53,135 nt of DNA from Candidatus Nealsonbacteria bacterium RIFOXYB1_FULL_40_15 (GCA_001821555.1 MHMM01000006.1:1-53135), one strand, 5' to 3'. Counted from the stretch's first letter, positions 1 to 9,068 are shown. Made by a program: numbers and translations. The notes: a model not told the origin generated them from the letters alone.

Positions 1-94
1 ACGGCAGGCCGAGAAAGACCCTTAAATGGCAGACCCCTTATGAGGTTTTCAAAAAACTGTTGCGTTAAAAGGTTGAATCTAGTTTAGCTTACTT

Positions 95-646
95 TTAGCT
101 GGTTGGCATAGGGAGGTATTTTTCGTAATCTTTGATATAGAATCTGAGTTTTCTTCTGGACCAGTAGGGTCCTGCATAATCTATTCCGATTCTAGGGCTC
201 GAAGCTATAGAATAACGGTTTCTAGAATCCTCAAACCAAATTCTGCCACTTTCGGCAACGTCTTCTCCGTAAAAAGAATTATCCAACCCTAAATGCCTGC
301 AAAGCTTGCCGGGCCCATTTGTCTTCTTTATGTCCCCTCCGCAATCCAAAGCCCGTATCAAAAAACAGCCCGGATACCCTTTTCCATCCGTAGTTATGTT
401 TAACTGCCAATACATTCCGTAAACCAGGTAAATATAGACAAATCCTCCCTCAAGATATTCTACTCTATTCCTTTCGGTCACCTTTCCTCCGAAGGCATGG
501 GAAGCTTTGTCCTGGGGGCCTATGTAGGCTTCTGTTTCAACAACCATGCCCCTATTTTCTCCGACAGCAATAAATTTACCCAAGATATCTTTTGAAACCT
601 GGATTGAGGGACGGCAGAAAAAGTCTCTCCCGAGCCTATTCATCAT
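95..646 (-). CDS. mpg: DNA-3-methyladenine glycosylase (MPG/AAG family)
   Basis: Motifs IVETEAYxG-D-ASHA, YIYLVYGMYW, LIRAL, TNGPGKLC, PRIGI and LRFY, typical of the MPG family. Confidence 0.93.
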   Translation of the reverse strand: MMNRLGRDFFCRPSIQVSKDILGKFIAVGENRGMVVETEAYIGPQDKASHAFGGKVTERNRVEYLEGGFVYIYLVYGMYWQLNITTDGKGYPGCFLIRALDCGGDIKKTNGPGKLCRHLGLDNSFYGEDVAESGRIWFEDSRNRYSIASSPRIGIDYAGPYWSRRKLRFYIKDYEKYLPMPTS

Positions 647-1064
647 CTCTTTTTTTAATAGATTCGTGCTTCTTTTTAAGATCTTCGGATATTTCTTTTC
701 CTGTATTTTTATAATAATCGTAAACAGCTTCAGACAAAGCGTCTATGGCAAGAAGAGAGCAGTGCACCTTTATATTCGGCAATCCTCCCAAGGAGTCAAC
801 TACGTCTTTAGCGTTTATTTTCAGGGCATCTTCAATGCTTTTTCCTTTTGCAAGATCAGTAACGACACTGCTTGTGGCAATGGCGGCTGCGCACCCAAAA
901 GTTTCAAACTTTATATCCTCAATAGCATCTCCTTTTAATTTGATATAAAGTTTCATTATGTCCCCGCATTTCATATTCCCCACCTCTCCTATTCCGTCAG
1001 GATTTTCAATTCTGCCGTAGTTATGGGGATTCTGGAAATGTTCAATTACTTTTTCTGAATACAT
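636..1064 (-). CDS. iscU: Fe-S cluster scaffold, IscU/NifU-N family
   Basis: YSEKVIEHFQNPHNYG, CGDIM, FETFGCAAAIA and KVHCSLLA carry the three scaffold Cys; overlaps iscS. Confidence 0.93.
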   Translation of the reverse strand: MYSEKVIEHFQNPHNYGRIENPDGIGEVGNMKCGDIMKLYIKLKGDAIEDIKFETFGCAAAIATSSVVTDLAKGKSIEDALKINAKDVVDSLGGLPNIKVHCSLLAIDALSEAVYDYYKNTGKEISEDLKKKHESIKKRDDE

Positions 1065-2185
1065 AGAGGCGATATTTTTCTTAATTTATTAACTGATTCT
1101 TTAAGTTTATCAACGAAATAATCTATCTCTCCTTCTGTGGTATTTCTTCCCAGAGAAACTCTCAAAGATCCATGGGCCTGCTCATGTTCTAAACCCATTG
1201 CGATAAGAACATGGCTCGGCTCCAAACTCCTTGAAGAGCAGGCCGATCCGGTTGAGACAGCTATTCCCTCAAGATCAAGAGAAAGAACCAAAGACTCTCC
1301 CTCAATGAAAGAAAAGTAAAAGCTTGCAATATTCTTCAGTCTTTTTTCGGGATGCCCCGTAAGATAAACGTTATCTATCTTCAAAACTTCCTGAACAAGC
1401 TTTTTGAACAATCGGGAAATCTTCTCTAAATCTTTTTCCATTCTTTCTTCTGCGATTTGACAGGCCTTGGCAAATCCTACAATAGAAGGAACATTTACAG
1501 TTGAAGATCTCAACCCCTCCTCCTGCCCCCCTCCATGAATCAGAGGAGTTAAGTCTACTCCTTTTCTCTTGAAGATAATGCCCGCTCCTTTGGGTCCGTA
1601 TATTTTATGGGAACTTGCAGAGAGAAGGTCAATATTTTCAACATCTATTTTTATCTTTCCAAAAGTCTGGGAAGCATCAGTATGAAAAAGAACATTCTTT
1701 TCCCTGCAGATTCTTCCTATTTCTCCTATGTCCTGGATAGTCCCGACCTCGTTGGATCCGTGGATTATAGAAACCAGAGCAGTATCTTTGGTAATTGCTT
1801 TTTCAATATCTAAAGGATTCACCAGGCCGAATTTGTCCACGGGTATCCTAGTAACCCTTGCCCCTTGCTTTTCAAGCCATAAAGCAGACTCCATAATGCA
1901 GGCATGCTCTATGGATGATATTACCATATGAGATCCTTTTATCCCCTTTAATATCGTGTTGTTGCTTTCGGTTGCAGAAGAGGTAAAGAATATTTCTTCA
2001 GGGTCTGCGGAAATCAAGCTGGCGATCTTTTTTCTTGACTCTTCAAGATCTTTTTTGGCTTCTCTTCCCAAAGAATAAAGAGACATGGTGTTTCCAAACT
2101 TATCGGAGAAATAAGGAGCCATCTCTTTGACAGCTAAAGGGTCAACCGGAGTTGTGGCCACATAATCCAAATACACTTTCTTCAT
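1046..2185 (-). CDS. iscS: Cysteine desulfurase, IscS/NifS class
   Basis: YLDYVATTP, PLP lysine in SSHKIYGPKG, catalytic STGSACSS. Confidence 0.95.
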   Translation of the reverse strand: MKKVYLDYVATTPVDPLAVKEMAPYFSDKFGNTMSLYSLGREAKKDLEESRKKIASLISADPEEIFFTSSATESNNTILKGIKGSHMVISSIEHACIMESALWLEKQGARVTRIPVDKFGLVNPLDIEKAITKDTALVSIIHGSNEVGTIQDIGEIGRICREKNVLFHTDASQTFGKIKIDVENIDLLSASSHKIYGPKGAGIIFKRKGVDLTPLIHGGGQEEGLRSSTVNVPSIVGFAKACQIAEERMEKDLEKISRLFKKLVQEVLKIDNVYLTGHPEKRLKNIASFYFSFIEGESLVLSLDLEGIAVSTGSACSSRSLEPSHVLIAMGLEHEQAHGSLRVSLGRNTTEGEIDYFVDKLKESVNKLRKISPLCIQKK

Positions 2186-2556
2186 TTTATTAAATCTTTT
2201 AATGTTTTAGAATAAAGAGTTTCTTGCAAAGAGTCTTTGACATCATCCCAGATATTCTTGCTTGAGCAGATTCTTGCCATCTGGCAACCTTCGCATTCAA
2301 CGGGAACTATGCCTTCTAGCGTCTCCACTATCTCCCCTGCATATATCTTTTCTGGTTTTCTTGCCAAAGAGTATCCTCCCGAAGATCCTTTTTTGGAAAC
2401 TAAAAGGCCGTTAGACTGCAGGTCTTTTAGTATCTTTTCAAGGAAATCAACAGAAATATTCTCTGCTTTTGCTATTTCTTTCAGAGATTTCTTTCCGTTC
2501 TTGGCTATATGTATCATAGCCCTCAATCCATATTGGGTTTTCTTTGATATTCTCAT
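2182..2556 (-). CDS. iscR: Rrf2-family regulator, IscR-like
   Basis: KTQYGLRAM, wing KKGSSGGYSL, three Cys (CEGCQMARIC); first gene of the isc operon. Confidence 0.85.
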   Translation of the reverse strand: MRISKKTQYGLRAMIHIAKNGKKSLKEIAKAENISVDFLEKILKDLQSNGLLVSKKGSSGGYSLARKPEKIYAGEIVETLEGIVPVECEGCQMARICSSKNIWDDVKDSLQETLYSKTLKDLIK

Positions 2557-2579
2557 AACCGACTTGATTAGTCGGTTTT
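2555..2579. promoter_or_regulatory. Type-1 IscR-like operator
   Basis: AACCGACT-TGATT-AGTCGGTT inverted repeat (2557-2577) matches the GACT-N5-AGTC type-1 IscR consensus and sits directly upstream of the iscR ATG. Confidence 0.75.
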
Positions 2580-2580
2580 A

Positions 2581-2609
2581 ATAATATCAGGTAAAGAAAA
2601 AGCGGTCAA
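2581..2609 (-). promoter_or_regulatory. Sigma70 promoter of iscR-iscS-iscU
   Basis: TTGACC, 17-nt spacer, TATTAT with extended TGn. The -35 lies inside hairpin GCGGTCA-N5-TGACCGC, which has a minus-strand U tract. Confidence 0.65.
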
Positions 2610-2688
2610 TAGATGACCGCCAAATAGCCATCCTCGGCCAAGACAAACGAGACACTAAAACAGGGTCTCGCCGCCCCGTCTAATATTC

Positions 2689-3096
2689 CTATTTCAACCC
2701 CAGTTTTTCTTTAAGAAGAGGTATAAGCTTATTGGGAGTCCATACGGTTTTGACAAGATATTCCTTGGCATCCAAATCCTTTGTCATTTTATCTTCCATC
2801 TGCTCTCCTGCATAATTAGTTAACACAAATACAGGAATGTTTTTGGTAGCCGGCATCTCTCTTATCACTTCACAAACTTTGTCGCCGTTTACATCCGGCA
2901 AAAGAAGATCAAGCATTATTAAATCCGGCTTTTCTGCCTTGCCCGCCTGGATTTCTTTCATTCTATCTATGGCTTGCTGGCCAAGCTGCATAAACTCAAC
3001 CTCTGCACCCTTAATCTCTTTAATTAATTCAGTATAAAGATCTATTAACATTTGTTCATCTTCAACCCATAAAATCTTCTTAGTTGTTTTTGCCAT
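2689..3096 (-). CDS. Single-domain response regulator (receiver)
   Basis: ILWVEDE, phospho-Asp in IMLDLLLP, LTN and YLVK receiver motifs. Confidence 0.9.
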   Translation of the reverse strand: MAKTTKKILWVEDEQMLIDLYTELIKEIKGAEVEFMQLGQQAIDRMKEIQAGKAEKPDLIMLDLLLPDVNGDKVCEVIREMPATKNIPVFVLTNYAGEQMEDKMTKDLDAKEYLVKTVWTPNKLIPLLKEKLGLK

Positions 3097-3108
3097 ATTT
3101 TTATATAA

Positions 3109-5412
3109 TTATGACTTGGTTATTAATTTGCCGTTTGCCAAAGAAATCGGCTTTTTGTTTGCAAAAGGAGTAGCGTCCACGGGAAGCTCAATATTAAAGG
3201 TGCTTCCCTTTCCTCTGCCTGCAGAGTCCGCCTTAATGTCGCCTCCGTGAGCTTTGATTATTTGAGCTGAAAGATAAACGCCAATCCCCTTGCCGGTTGC
3301 GTTGGCGGACCAGGCCTCTTCGCTTCGTTGAAATGGTTTTTCAAACAGATATTTTTTGTCGTTCTCGTCCATGCCTATTCCCGTATCTTTGACTTCTATG
3401 TTTATTCTATCATTTTCCAAATTAATTTTTACGACTACACCGCCCTTTTTTGTATATTTTATTGCGTTGTCCACTATGTTTTGCAGGGCCATTTTAATTT
3501 GCTTTCGGTCAACCGTAATTTCGGGAATGTCGTCTTCGGATTCAAATTTAAGATAAATTTCCTTCTTCTCGGCTACGGGCACCAAGTCGGCTACAATTTC
3601 TTCGAGCATGTTTCTTATCGGAATACATGGTTGAAGCTGGACGTATCCGTGGCCGAGCTGAAATGCGGATACATTTAGCAAATCGTCAACTACTTCTATT
3701 TCTTTTTGAATTGACTGTTGTGATTTTTGGATTGTCTCAAGAACTTTCTTTGGCATTTTGCCAAAATGCCCGCCTAACAAAAGATCCAGAAACCCCATCG
3801 TAATACTTAATGGGGTTCTTAAATGGTGCTGGGTAACAAGCATAAAATTAGTTTTGGCTTCGTCCAATTTCACCAAATCTTCGTGTGCCTGTTTTTCAAT
3901 CTGATAGGCTTTTTCAACTTCTTCTTTTTGCTGTCTTATCTCTTTTGTCTGCTCATCAACTTTTTGCTCCAATGTTTTGCTAAATTCTTGCACTTTCTTG
4001 TAGAGATTGGCGTTTTCTATGGCAGTAGCCGCCTGATTGGAAAGCATTTCCAATAATTGCAAATCTTCCTTGCTATAGGCGTCTCCCGAAAGCTTGGAGC
4101 CCAAAACTATTATTCCGATTAACTTTGCTCCAGATATTAGAGGAAGACAAAGAGATGCTTCTATCTTCTCCATGTTCTTTTCCAGTTTTTGGAAATTTTG
4201 CTTTTCTGTTATCTTGTTTGTTTCTTTGATCAAAATAGATAGCTCCTCTCTTATCAACGTCTTTCTTGTTTTCTGCAGATGCTGGGTCAAAAAGCTATCT
4301 TTAACCAGACTTATGCCATTTGTTTCGTCAAATCCGATAACCTTGGCTATCTTGTAATGCACCTTTCCTTGATCTTCACCTATCAAAAGAACTCCAGCCC
4401 TATTCAACTGCATTGTATCTTTTATGGTATTAACTATGGAATTTACTATTTTGTCCAAGTCAATACTGTCATTTAATTCTCCAGCCAGATTCGCTATGGT
4501 ATTTTGATAATTGTATAGACTAAAAAATAAATATTTATTGGCAAAAATCCGTATCCATTTACTTAATAAATTAAATACCCCTACAAACAAGGGAGCAACG
4601 ATTAATCCAATCAAATATGTTTTTGTATTATATGATCCTCCTAAAAACTTATTGTAGGACCAATTAATTAAATAATAAGCTCCATAAACAATGCCGGCCG
4701 TTCCGACAAAAATAATAAATTTTTGAATTACAACCCTGATATCCATTAATCTGTATTTCGCCATTGCATAAAAAAGAATAATTGTATAAAGAGCAACCAA
4801 AACATTTCCGATCGGAAGAATCGGAACATCATACCAGAGAAAGAAATTTGTCGCGCCACCGATAAAACTTATAAATGTGGCTAGAATTATATATTTTATT
4901 TGATAGCGGATGACTCCTTTTCTTTTATAATAACTTCTAATTAACTCTATTAATCCATAACCTATCAAACCAACATAAGAAAAAGCTAAATAGACACCAT
5001 ATAATGGCCCTGCTTTCGGCCAAAATTTGAAATTGAGCTCTTGCGTTATTTCTTTTACAAACAAATCGGAAAAAGAAAAGTATAAAAAAACGGCCGTTAT
5101 AAGATAGCCGAAAATTAATAAAGCCAATCTTTTCTTGTCTTTCAATAACCCCAGAACCAATAAAATCCATTGCAGATAGAGAATTGGTATTAAAGTAGAA
5201 CCTATTGAAAGCATTCTTGTCCAAAAAAGAGCCGCATCATAGTTATCCGAGATTTGCCATAAAAAATAAGCCAGTGACCAGACGGCTATTGATATTGTGA
5301 GGATAAAAAAAGAAATATTGATTGCTTTTTTGGGATTTTTGAAAAAAGCAAATCCTCCAAGGATTAAACTTGTCGCAAGATTAATTAATGCAGAAATCGC
5401 ATAAAAATTCAT
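3109..5412 (-). CDS. Sensor histidine kinase: N-terminal 7TM-type region, GAF, HisKA, HATPase
   Basis: About 220-aa multi-TM N-terminus, GAF (LIGIIVLGSK...YSKEDLQLL), H-box HHLRTPLS, N-box NIVDNAIKYT, G boxes DTGIG and GKGIG. Confidence 0.9.
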   Translation of the reverse strand: MNFYAISALINLATSLILGGFAFFKNPKKAINISFFILTISIAVWSLAYFLWQISDNYDAALFWTRMLSIGSTLIPILYLQWILLVLGLLKDKKRLALLIFGYLITAVFLYFSFSDLFVKEITQELNFKFWPKAGPLYGVYLAFSYVGLIGYGLIELIRSYYKRKGVIRYQIKYIILATFISFIGGATNFFLWYDVPILPIGNVLVALYTIILFYAMAKYRLMDIRVVIQKFIIFVGTAGIVYGAYYLINWSYNKFLGGSYNTKTYLIGLIVAPLFVGVFNLLSKWIRIFANKYLFFSLYNYQNTIANLAGELNDSIDLDKIVNSIVNTIKDTMQLNRAGVLLIGEDQGKVHYKIAKVIGFDETNGISLVKDSFLTQHLQKTRKTLIREELSILIKETNKITEKQNFQKLEKNMEKIEASLCLPLISGAKLIGIIVLGSKLSGDAYSKEDLQLLEMLSNQAATAIENANLYKKVQEFSKTLEQKVDEQTKEIRQQKEEVEKAYQIEKQAHEDLVKLDEAKTNFMLVTQHHLRTPLSITMGFLDLLLGGHFGKMPKKVLETIQKSQQSIQKEIEVVDDLLNVSAFQLGHGYVQLQPCIPIRNMLEEIVADLVPVAEKKEIYLKFESEDDIPEITVDRKQIKMALQNIVDNAIKYTKKGGVVVKINLENDRINIEVKDTGIGMDENDKKYLFEKPFQRSEEAWSANATGKGIGVYLSAQIIKAHGGDIKADSAGRGKGSTFNIELPVDATPFANKKPISLANGKLITKS

Positions 5413-5426
5413 ATTCTTGCAAAAAA

Positions 5427-5476
5427 GAAGCCCGAATGCTTAAGCTTCTTTTATTATAGCATAGCATTCGGGCTTC
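5427..5476 (-). terminator. 14-bp stem terminator with an internal extended -10 element
   Basis: GAAGCCCGAATGCT / AGCATTCGGGCTTC perfect inverted repeat, minus-strand TTTTTT after the stem; the loop reads TGCTATAAT on the minus strand. Confidence 0.6.
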
Positions 5477-5482
5477 ACATAG

Positions 5483-6451
5483 TCACTCAGATTTTTCCGC
5501 AACCACCACCCCGTGTATTTTTAGGGGCTCATAAACAATACGGTATGCATCGAAACCTGACTTCTCAATCACCTCCGCCAAATCGGCAGGAGAGCGGTAG
5601 ACCATATTCCAGTCAATAACCCAGCGAACAAAATACTGTTCTGAATTATTGCGGATATTGCAGGTCAGAAATACTCCTCCAGGTATCAATCCTTTGTTTA
5701 TACTCGATATCAGACGGACAGCGTTTTCCCTTGGAAGATAATCCAGCAATCCGAGCATCTCCACAATATGAGGACTGAACCCTCGGATGATTCTGGCTGT
5801 CTGGCAAGCATTGGCCTTGATTATTTGAACCTGATCCCTTACTCCATTTTTTTGTGCCAGATTCTCGGCATAATCAAGCGCTTCCTGCTCAACATCGATC
5901 AGCAATGCCTTAACCCTGACCCCCTTTGTTTTGAGTTCGGCTATCACTTCCAGTATAGCCTGGGCGGAACCGCAAGCTAGGGAAATGAGCCGGACTTCCT
6001 GGCCGTTTTCGCCGAAATGCAGAATCGCTCTCCTCACCTCCTGTTTCACCAGCTTGAAACGGTTTCTTACCGCCTGGCAGTTCTGAGAAAACCACCAAAA
6101 CTCATCGATCCATGTGCTGGGATTGATTGTTAGCTCGAAAGGGTGATTGTAAATAACATCCAGCGCCTTCCATGAGGCCGCCCCCTCTTTTACCTTTCTA
6201 CTGTACAGACCCAGACCGTCGAAAAAAATGGAATTGATTTTCGGCCTGGAGCCAAAAATCAATTTCCACAATGCTTTCTTTGCCAGAACATAGCCGATAA
6301 GCAGCCACATTGCCGGGAGAAGATGCAAGTAAGGAAATCTTCTTTTTTCGAAAACATTGCTTTTGATTATCCGTTTTGAATCGGTTGTTTCTCTCTCCGA
6401 CCTTTCGGTCAGATCAAGGACGCTGATGGTTTCTATCGCTTGTCCATTCAT
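5483..6451 (-). CDS. Class I SAM-dependent methyltransferase, PhcB/YnbC-C-terminal-like
   Basis: AVRNR, motif I SLACGSA, LLIDVE, LGLLDYL, GGVFLTCN, WNMVYRS. Start placed at the ATG 6451 behind an AGGAGG-like RBS (ORF track opens at 6490). Confidence 0.8.
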   Translation of the reverse strand: MNGQAIETISVLDLTERSERETTDSKRIIKSNVFEKRRFPYLHLLPAMWLLIGYVLAKKALWKLIFGSRPKINSIFFDGLGLYSRKVKEGAASWKALDVIYNHPFELTINPSTWIDEFWWFSQNCQAVRNRFKLVKQEVRRAILHFGENGQEVRLISLACGSAQAILEVIAELKTKGVRVKALLIDVEQEALDYAENLAQKNGVRDQVQIIKANACQTARIIRGFSPHIVEMLGLLDYLPRENAVRLISSINKGLIPGGVFLTCNIRNNSEQYFVRWVIDWNMVYRSPADLAEVIEKSGFDAYRIVYEPLKIHGVVVAEKSE

Positions 6452-6563
6452 GAAATTCCCTCCTTTTCTTTTTTGTAGGGATTGGTTCATCTTGCACTTA
6501 TTTTACCGCTTTTCGGTCATTATTCAATTATCAACGCCAGGCACAACTCCTGACACTGGCTAT

Positions 6564-6592
6564 ATTATAGCAAAATACAATATATTCGTCAA
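6564..6592 (-). promoter_or_regulatory. Consensus sigma70 promoter of the methyltransferase gene
   Basis: TTGACG, 17-nt spacer, TATAAT with TGn. Confidence 0.75.
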
Positions 6593-6731
6593 ATTTCCTT
6601 CTTGAGAGAAGACGCTCCCGAAGAAAAAAGAGGGCTTCTTAGCTCTCTGAAAAACAAGTTAGTATTAAAAGACAAAACCTTATCACTACTAAGTAATTGA
6701 TAAAAGTTGAGGAAAATACTAAAATGAAAAC

Positions 6732-7199
6732 ATGATTTTAGTATCAGCCTGTTTATTGGGTATAAACTGCCAATATAACGGAGAAAATGATTTGACGGAA
6801 AAACTTTTGGAATTCCTTAAAGATAAGGGGACATTTATTGCTATGTGTCCTGAAGTTTGGGGAGGACTGCCCATTCCTAGAGATGCCAGCCAAATTGTTG
6901 GTGGAACTGGAATAGATGTTGTCGGGGGTAAAGCAAAAGTTATGTCTATTAAAAACAAAGATGTAACTAATGAATTTATAACTGGAGCAGAAAGAATTTT
7001 ACAAATCGCGAAAGAAAACAATGTTGAGCTCGCCATTCTTAAAGCTAAAAGTCCCTCGTGTGGAGTTGGCAAAATTTATGACGATCTTGCATCGCGTCAT
7101 TTAATCGATGGCGATGGTGTAGCAGCTGCACTATTAAGAAAAAACGGAATTAAGGTGATGACTGAAAAAGATTTGATAGCCGGCAACTGGCCGAAGTAA
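6732..7199 (+). CDS. DUF523 / TudS-like thiouracil desulfidase family protein
   Basis: VSACLLGINCQY, CPEVWGGLPIPR, LKAKSPSCG, GDGVAAALL. Confidence 0.88.
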   Translation: MILVSACLLGINCQYNGENDLTEKLLEFLKDKGTFIAMCPEVWGGLPIPRDASQIVGGTGIDVVGGKAKVMSIKNKDVTNEFITGAERILQIAKENNVELAILKAKSPSCGVGKIYDDLASRHLIDGDGVAAALLRKNGIKVMTEKDLIAGNWPK

Positions 7200-7206
7200 A
7201 AAAAAG

Positions 7207-7228
7207 AAGAGCGTCGCCAAACGCTCTT
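7207..7228. terminator. Bidirectional terminator between convergent DUF523 genes
   Basis: AAGAGCGT-N6-ACGCTCTT flanked by A and T tracts. Confidence 0.6.
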
Positions 7229-7241
7229 TCGATTGTTTTAT

Positions 7242-8102
7242 TTACAGGAGATGGACTGTTATGCCTGCCTCCTCAAGCATTTTTCTCATGATTCCGCCCA
7301 CTCCGCAGGAAGGAGAGCCCTTTTTAAGATAGGCCCTCTTTATGCCAACCATTTTGGCGAAGTCGAGAACGAGAGACGCTCCCGATCTGTATGGCTGAGT
7401 GTAATCCTTGCCGTCTTTGCCGATAACTCGGCCTCTTTCTAAACGACAGGCCACCCGTGGCGTGGGCATTCCCCCGAGCTGTTCAGGGCAAAGCGGACAG
7501 AGAGTGTACTTCTCCTTCAGCTTGGCAATGAAGCTCTTCCTTGAAAATGAGCGCGCGCGATATTGGCATGGAATACCGAGGCCGCACATGCTGATCAGGA
7601 CGAGTTCTTTTTTGTTTTTTGAGTGCTTGACTTTCAGGCTCTCAAAAAACTTATCATCTGCCAAGGTTTCTTCGGGATAAACTGCAACACCCTCTTTTTT
7701 GAGCAAAGCTGTTGCGACACCGTCGCCCTTGATTCTGGTTGGCTCAAACAAGCCACCCAGTGTCCGGCCACAGCCGCACGACGGGCTGTCCTGTTTCAGA
7801 ATTACAGTGTCAATTCCGAGCAGACGCAAAACTTTCAAAGTAAGCTCGGCACCTCTCAGAAACTGTTTGGCAACATCTCTACCGTCGGCTGTGAGTAGTC
7901 CTTTTTTCCGATCCAGAACTGCGTAACCGTCGCCCTCCACAATCCTTGTTCGGCTTCTCGGAATTGGTAGTCCACCAAGAACTTCCGGGCAAACGGGAAA
8001 AGCCAAGCCATCCTTGATGAGAGTGATGACTCGTTCGTCTGGCGTTGCTTCGCCGGCGTAGTTGCAGGGAATTCCTGCTAAACATGCTGAAACTATAATC
8101 AT
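7242..8102 (-). CDS. Tandem double-DUF523 (TudS-like) protein
   Basis: Two repeats, each with S(A/M)CxxGIPC, CPE(V/Q)LGG(L/M)PxPR and SPSCG. Confidence 0.85.
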   Translation of the reverse strand: MIIVSACLAGIPCNYAGEATPDERVITLIKDGLAFPVCPEVLGGLPIPRSRTRIVEGDGYAVLDRKKGLLTADGRDVAKQFLRGAELTLKVLRLLGIDTVILKQDSPSCGCGRTLGGLFEPTRIKGDGVATALLKKEGVAVYPEETLADDKFFESLKVKHSKNKKELVLISMCGLGIPCQYRARSFSRKSFIAKLKEKYTLCPLCPEQLGGMPTPRVACRLERGRVIGKDGKDYTQPYRSGASLVLDFAKMVGIKRAYLKKGSPSCGVGGIMRKMLEEAGITVHLL

Positions 8103-8117
8103 AGCTTTTACCTCCTT

Positions 8118-9068
8118 TCAAAACTTCTTGATAAAGGGTTTAAAGCCCGGATAGAGCTCCTCCCTCTGGTTCCTCGGCCTGTGTTTCAACGTTCCGTCAT
8201 CGTTGACATTGAACATCACAAGCCTGAAAAGGAAATCTTCGATTTCAGGGTCAGCCGCGATCCGTTTGTACAGATCTCGCTGCGACAGAAGCCTGAACGG
8301 CCACGGCATCTTTTCGCGCCACGTGCAGTTCGTGCTGGTGTGAGGATAGTGGCCGGCGAACGTCGCAATATCCCGTTCCTTCACTTCGGCAAGTGGACGA
8401 ATCAGACGGACACCGTCGCTAATGTTCTCAACTGGGGGATCGTCGGTGGTCGCACGGCCATCTTTGGCCATTTCCTCAACATACTGCAAGTCGATGGTGC
8501 TGGACGCGATGAAGTCTGCCATCTTGTAGCCGTCGTAGGCAATACCTTGCGGCTTCGTGAAGGCGGAAAAATACTTCTCGGTCCAATAGCACTTCATCAA
8601 AGTGGTCAGCATGTCGGCAAGGTGTTGACCGATGACGAACGCTTCTGCTCCGCAACTCCGGGCGTATGCAATCAACGCTGTCGTTCTTGCATTATAGCAC
8701 GGAGTGCACATCGATTCATTTACGCCGAGATTGTCGACGCGGTGCAAACAGGTTCTGATTTGCTCCGCTTCAGCAGTTTTGATGCCAGGCAGAGATGCTT
8801 GGTTGCGCAGATGTAGAACATCGGCGTCCAAGCCCTTACGAACCCTTAGGGCTTCCGCGATTTGGCTTGGCTGAAAGGCCGGGTCATCGCCCCTGTTGGC
8901 TATAACAGGCCTAACATCGTACCCGAGTTCACGAAGGATAAGAATCGCAGTCAGGCTGTCTTTCCCGCCAGAAAACGCAACGGGCACTGGTTGTTTCTTG
9001 TTAGAAACCATAGAATACTTCTCAATAGTTAAAGCTGTGGCAGTGATAATAGTACCTCTATCAAACAT
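8118..9068 (-). CDS. TtcA-like PP-loop ATPase (tRNA thiolase family)
   Basis: PP-loop FSGGKDS, CTPC, IGQHLADM (GHH..D-like), LIRPLAEVKERDI, downstream Cys in TNCTW. Confidence 0.72.
   Translation of the reverse strand: MFDRGTIITATALTIEKYSMVSNKKQPVPVAFSGGKDSLTAILILRELGYDVRPVIANRGDDPAFQPSQIAEALRVRKGLDADVLHLRNQASLPGIKTAEAEQIRTCLHRVDNLGVNESMCTPCYNARTTALIAYARSCGAEAFVIGQHLADMLTTLMKCYWTEKYFSAFTKPQGIAYDGYKMADFIASSTIDLQYVEEMAKDGRATTDDPPVENISDGVRLIRPLAEVKERDIATFAGHYPHTSTNCTWREKMPWPFRLLSQRDLYKRIAADPEIEDFLFRLVMFNVNDDGTLKHRPRNQREELYPGFKPFIKKF

Noticed and set aside
1-60. Short direct repeat AGACCCTTA twice at the window start
   Set aside because: Context is cut off by the window edge; cannot be interpreted
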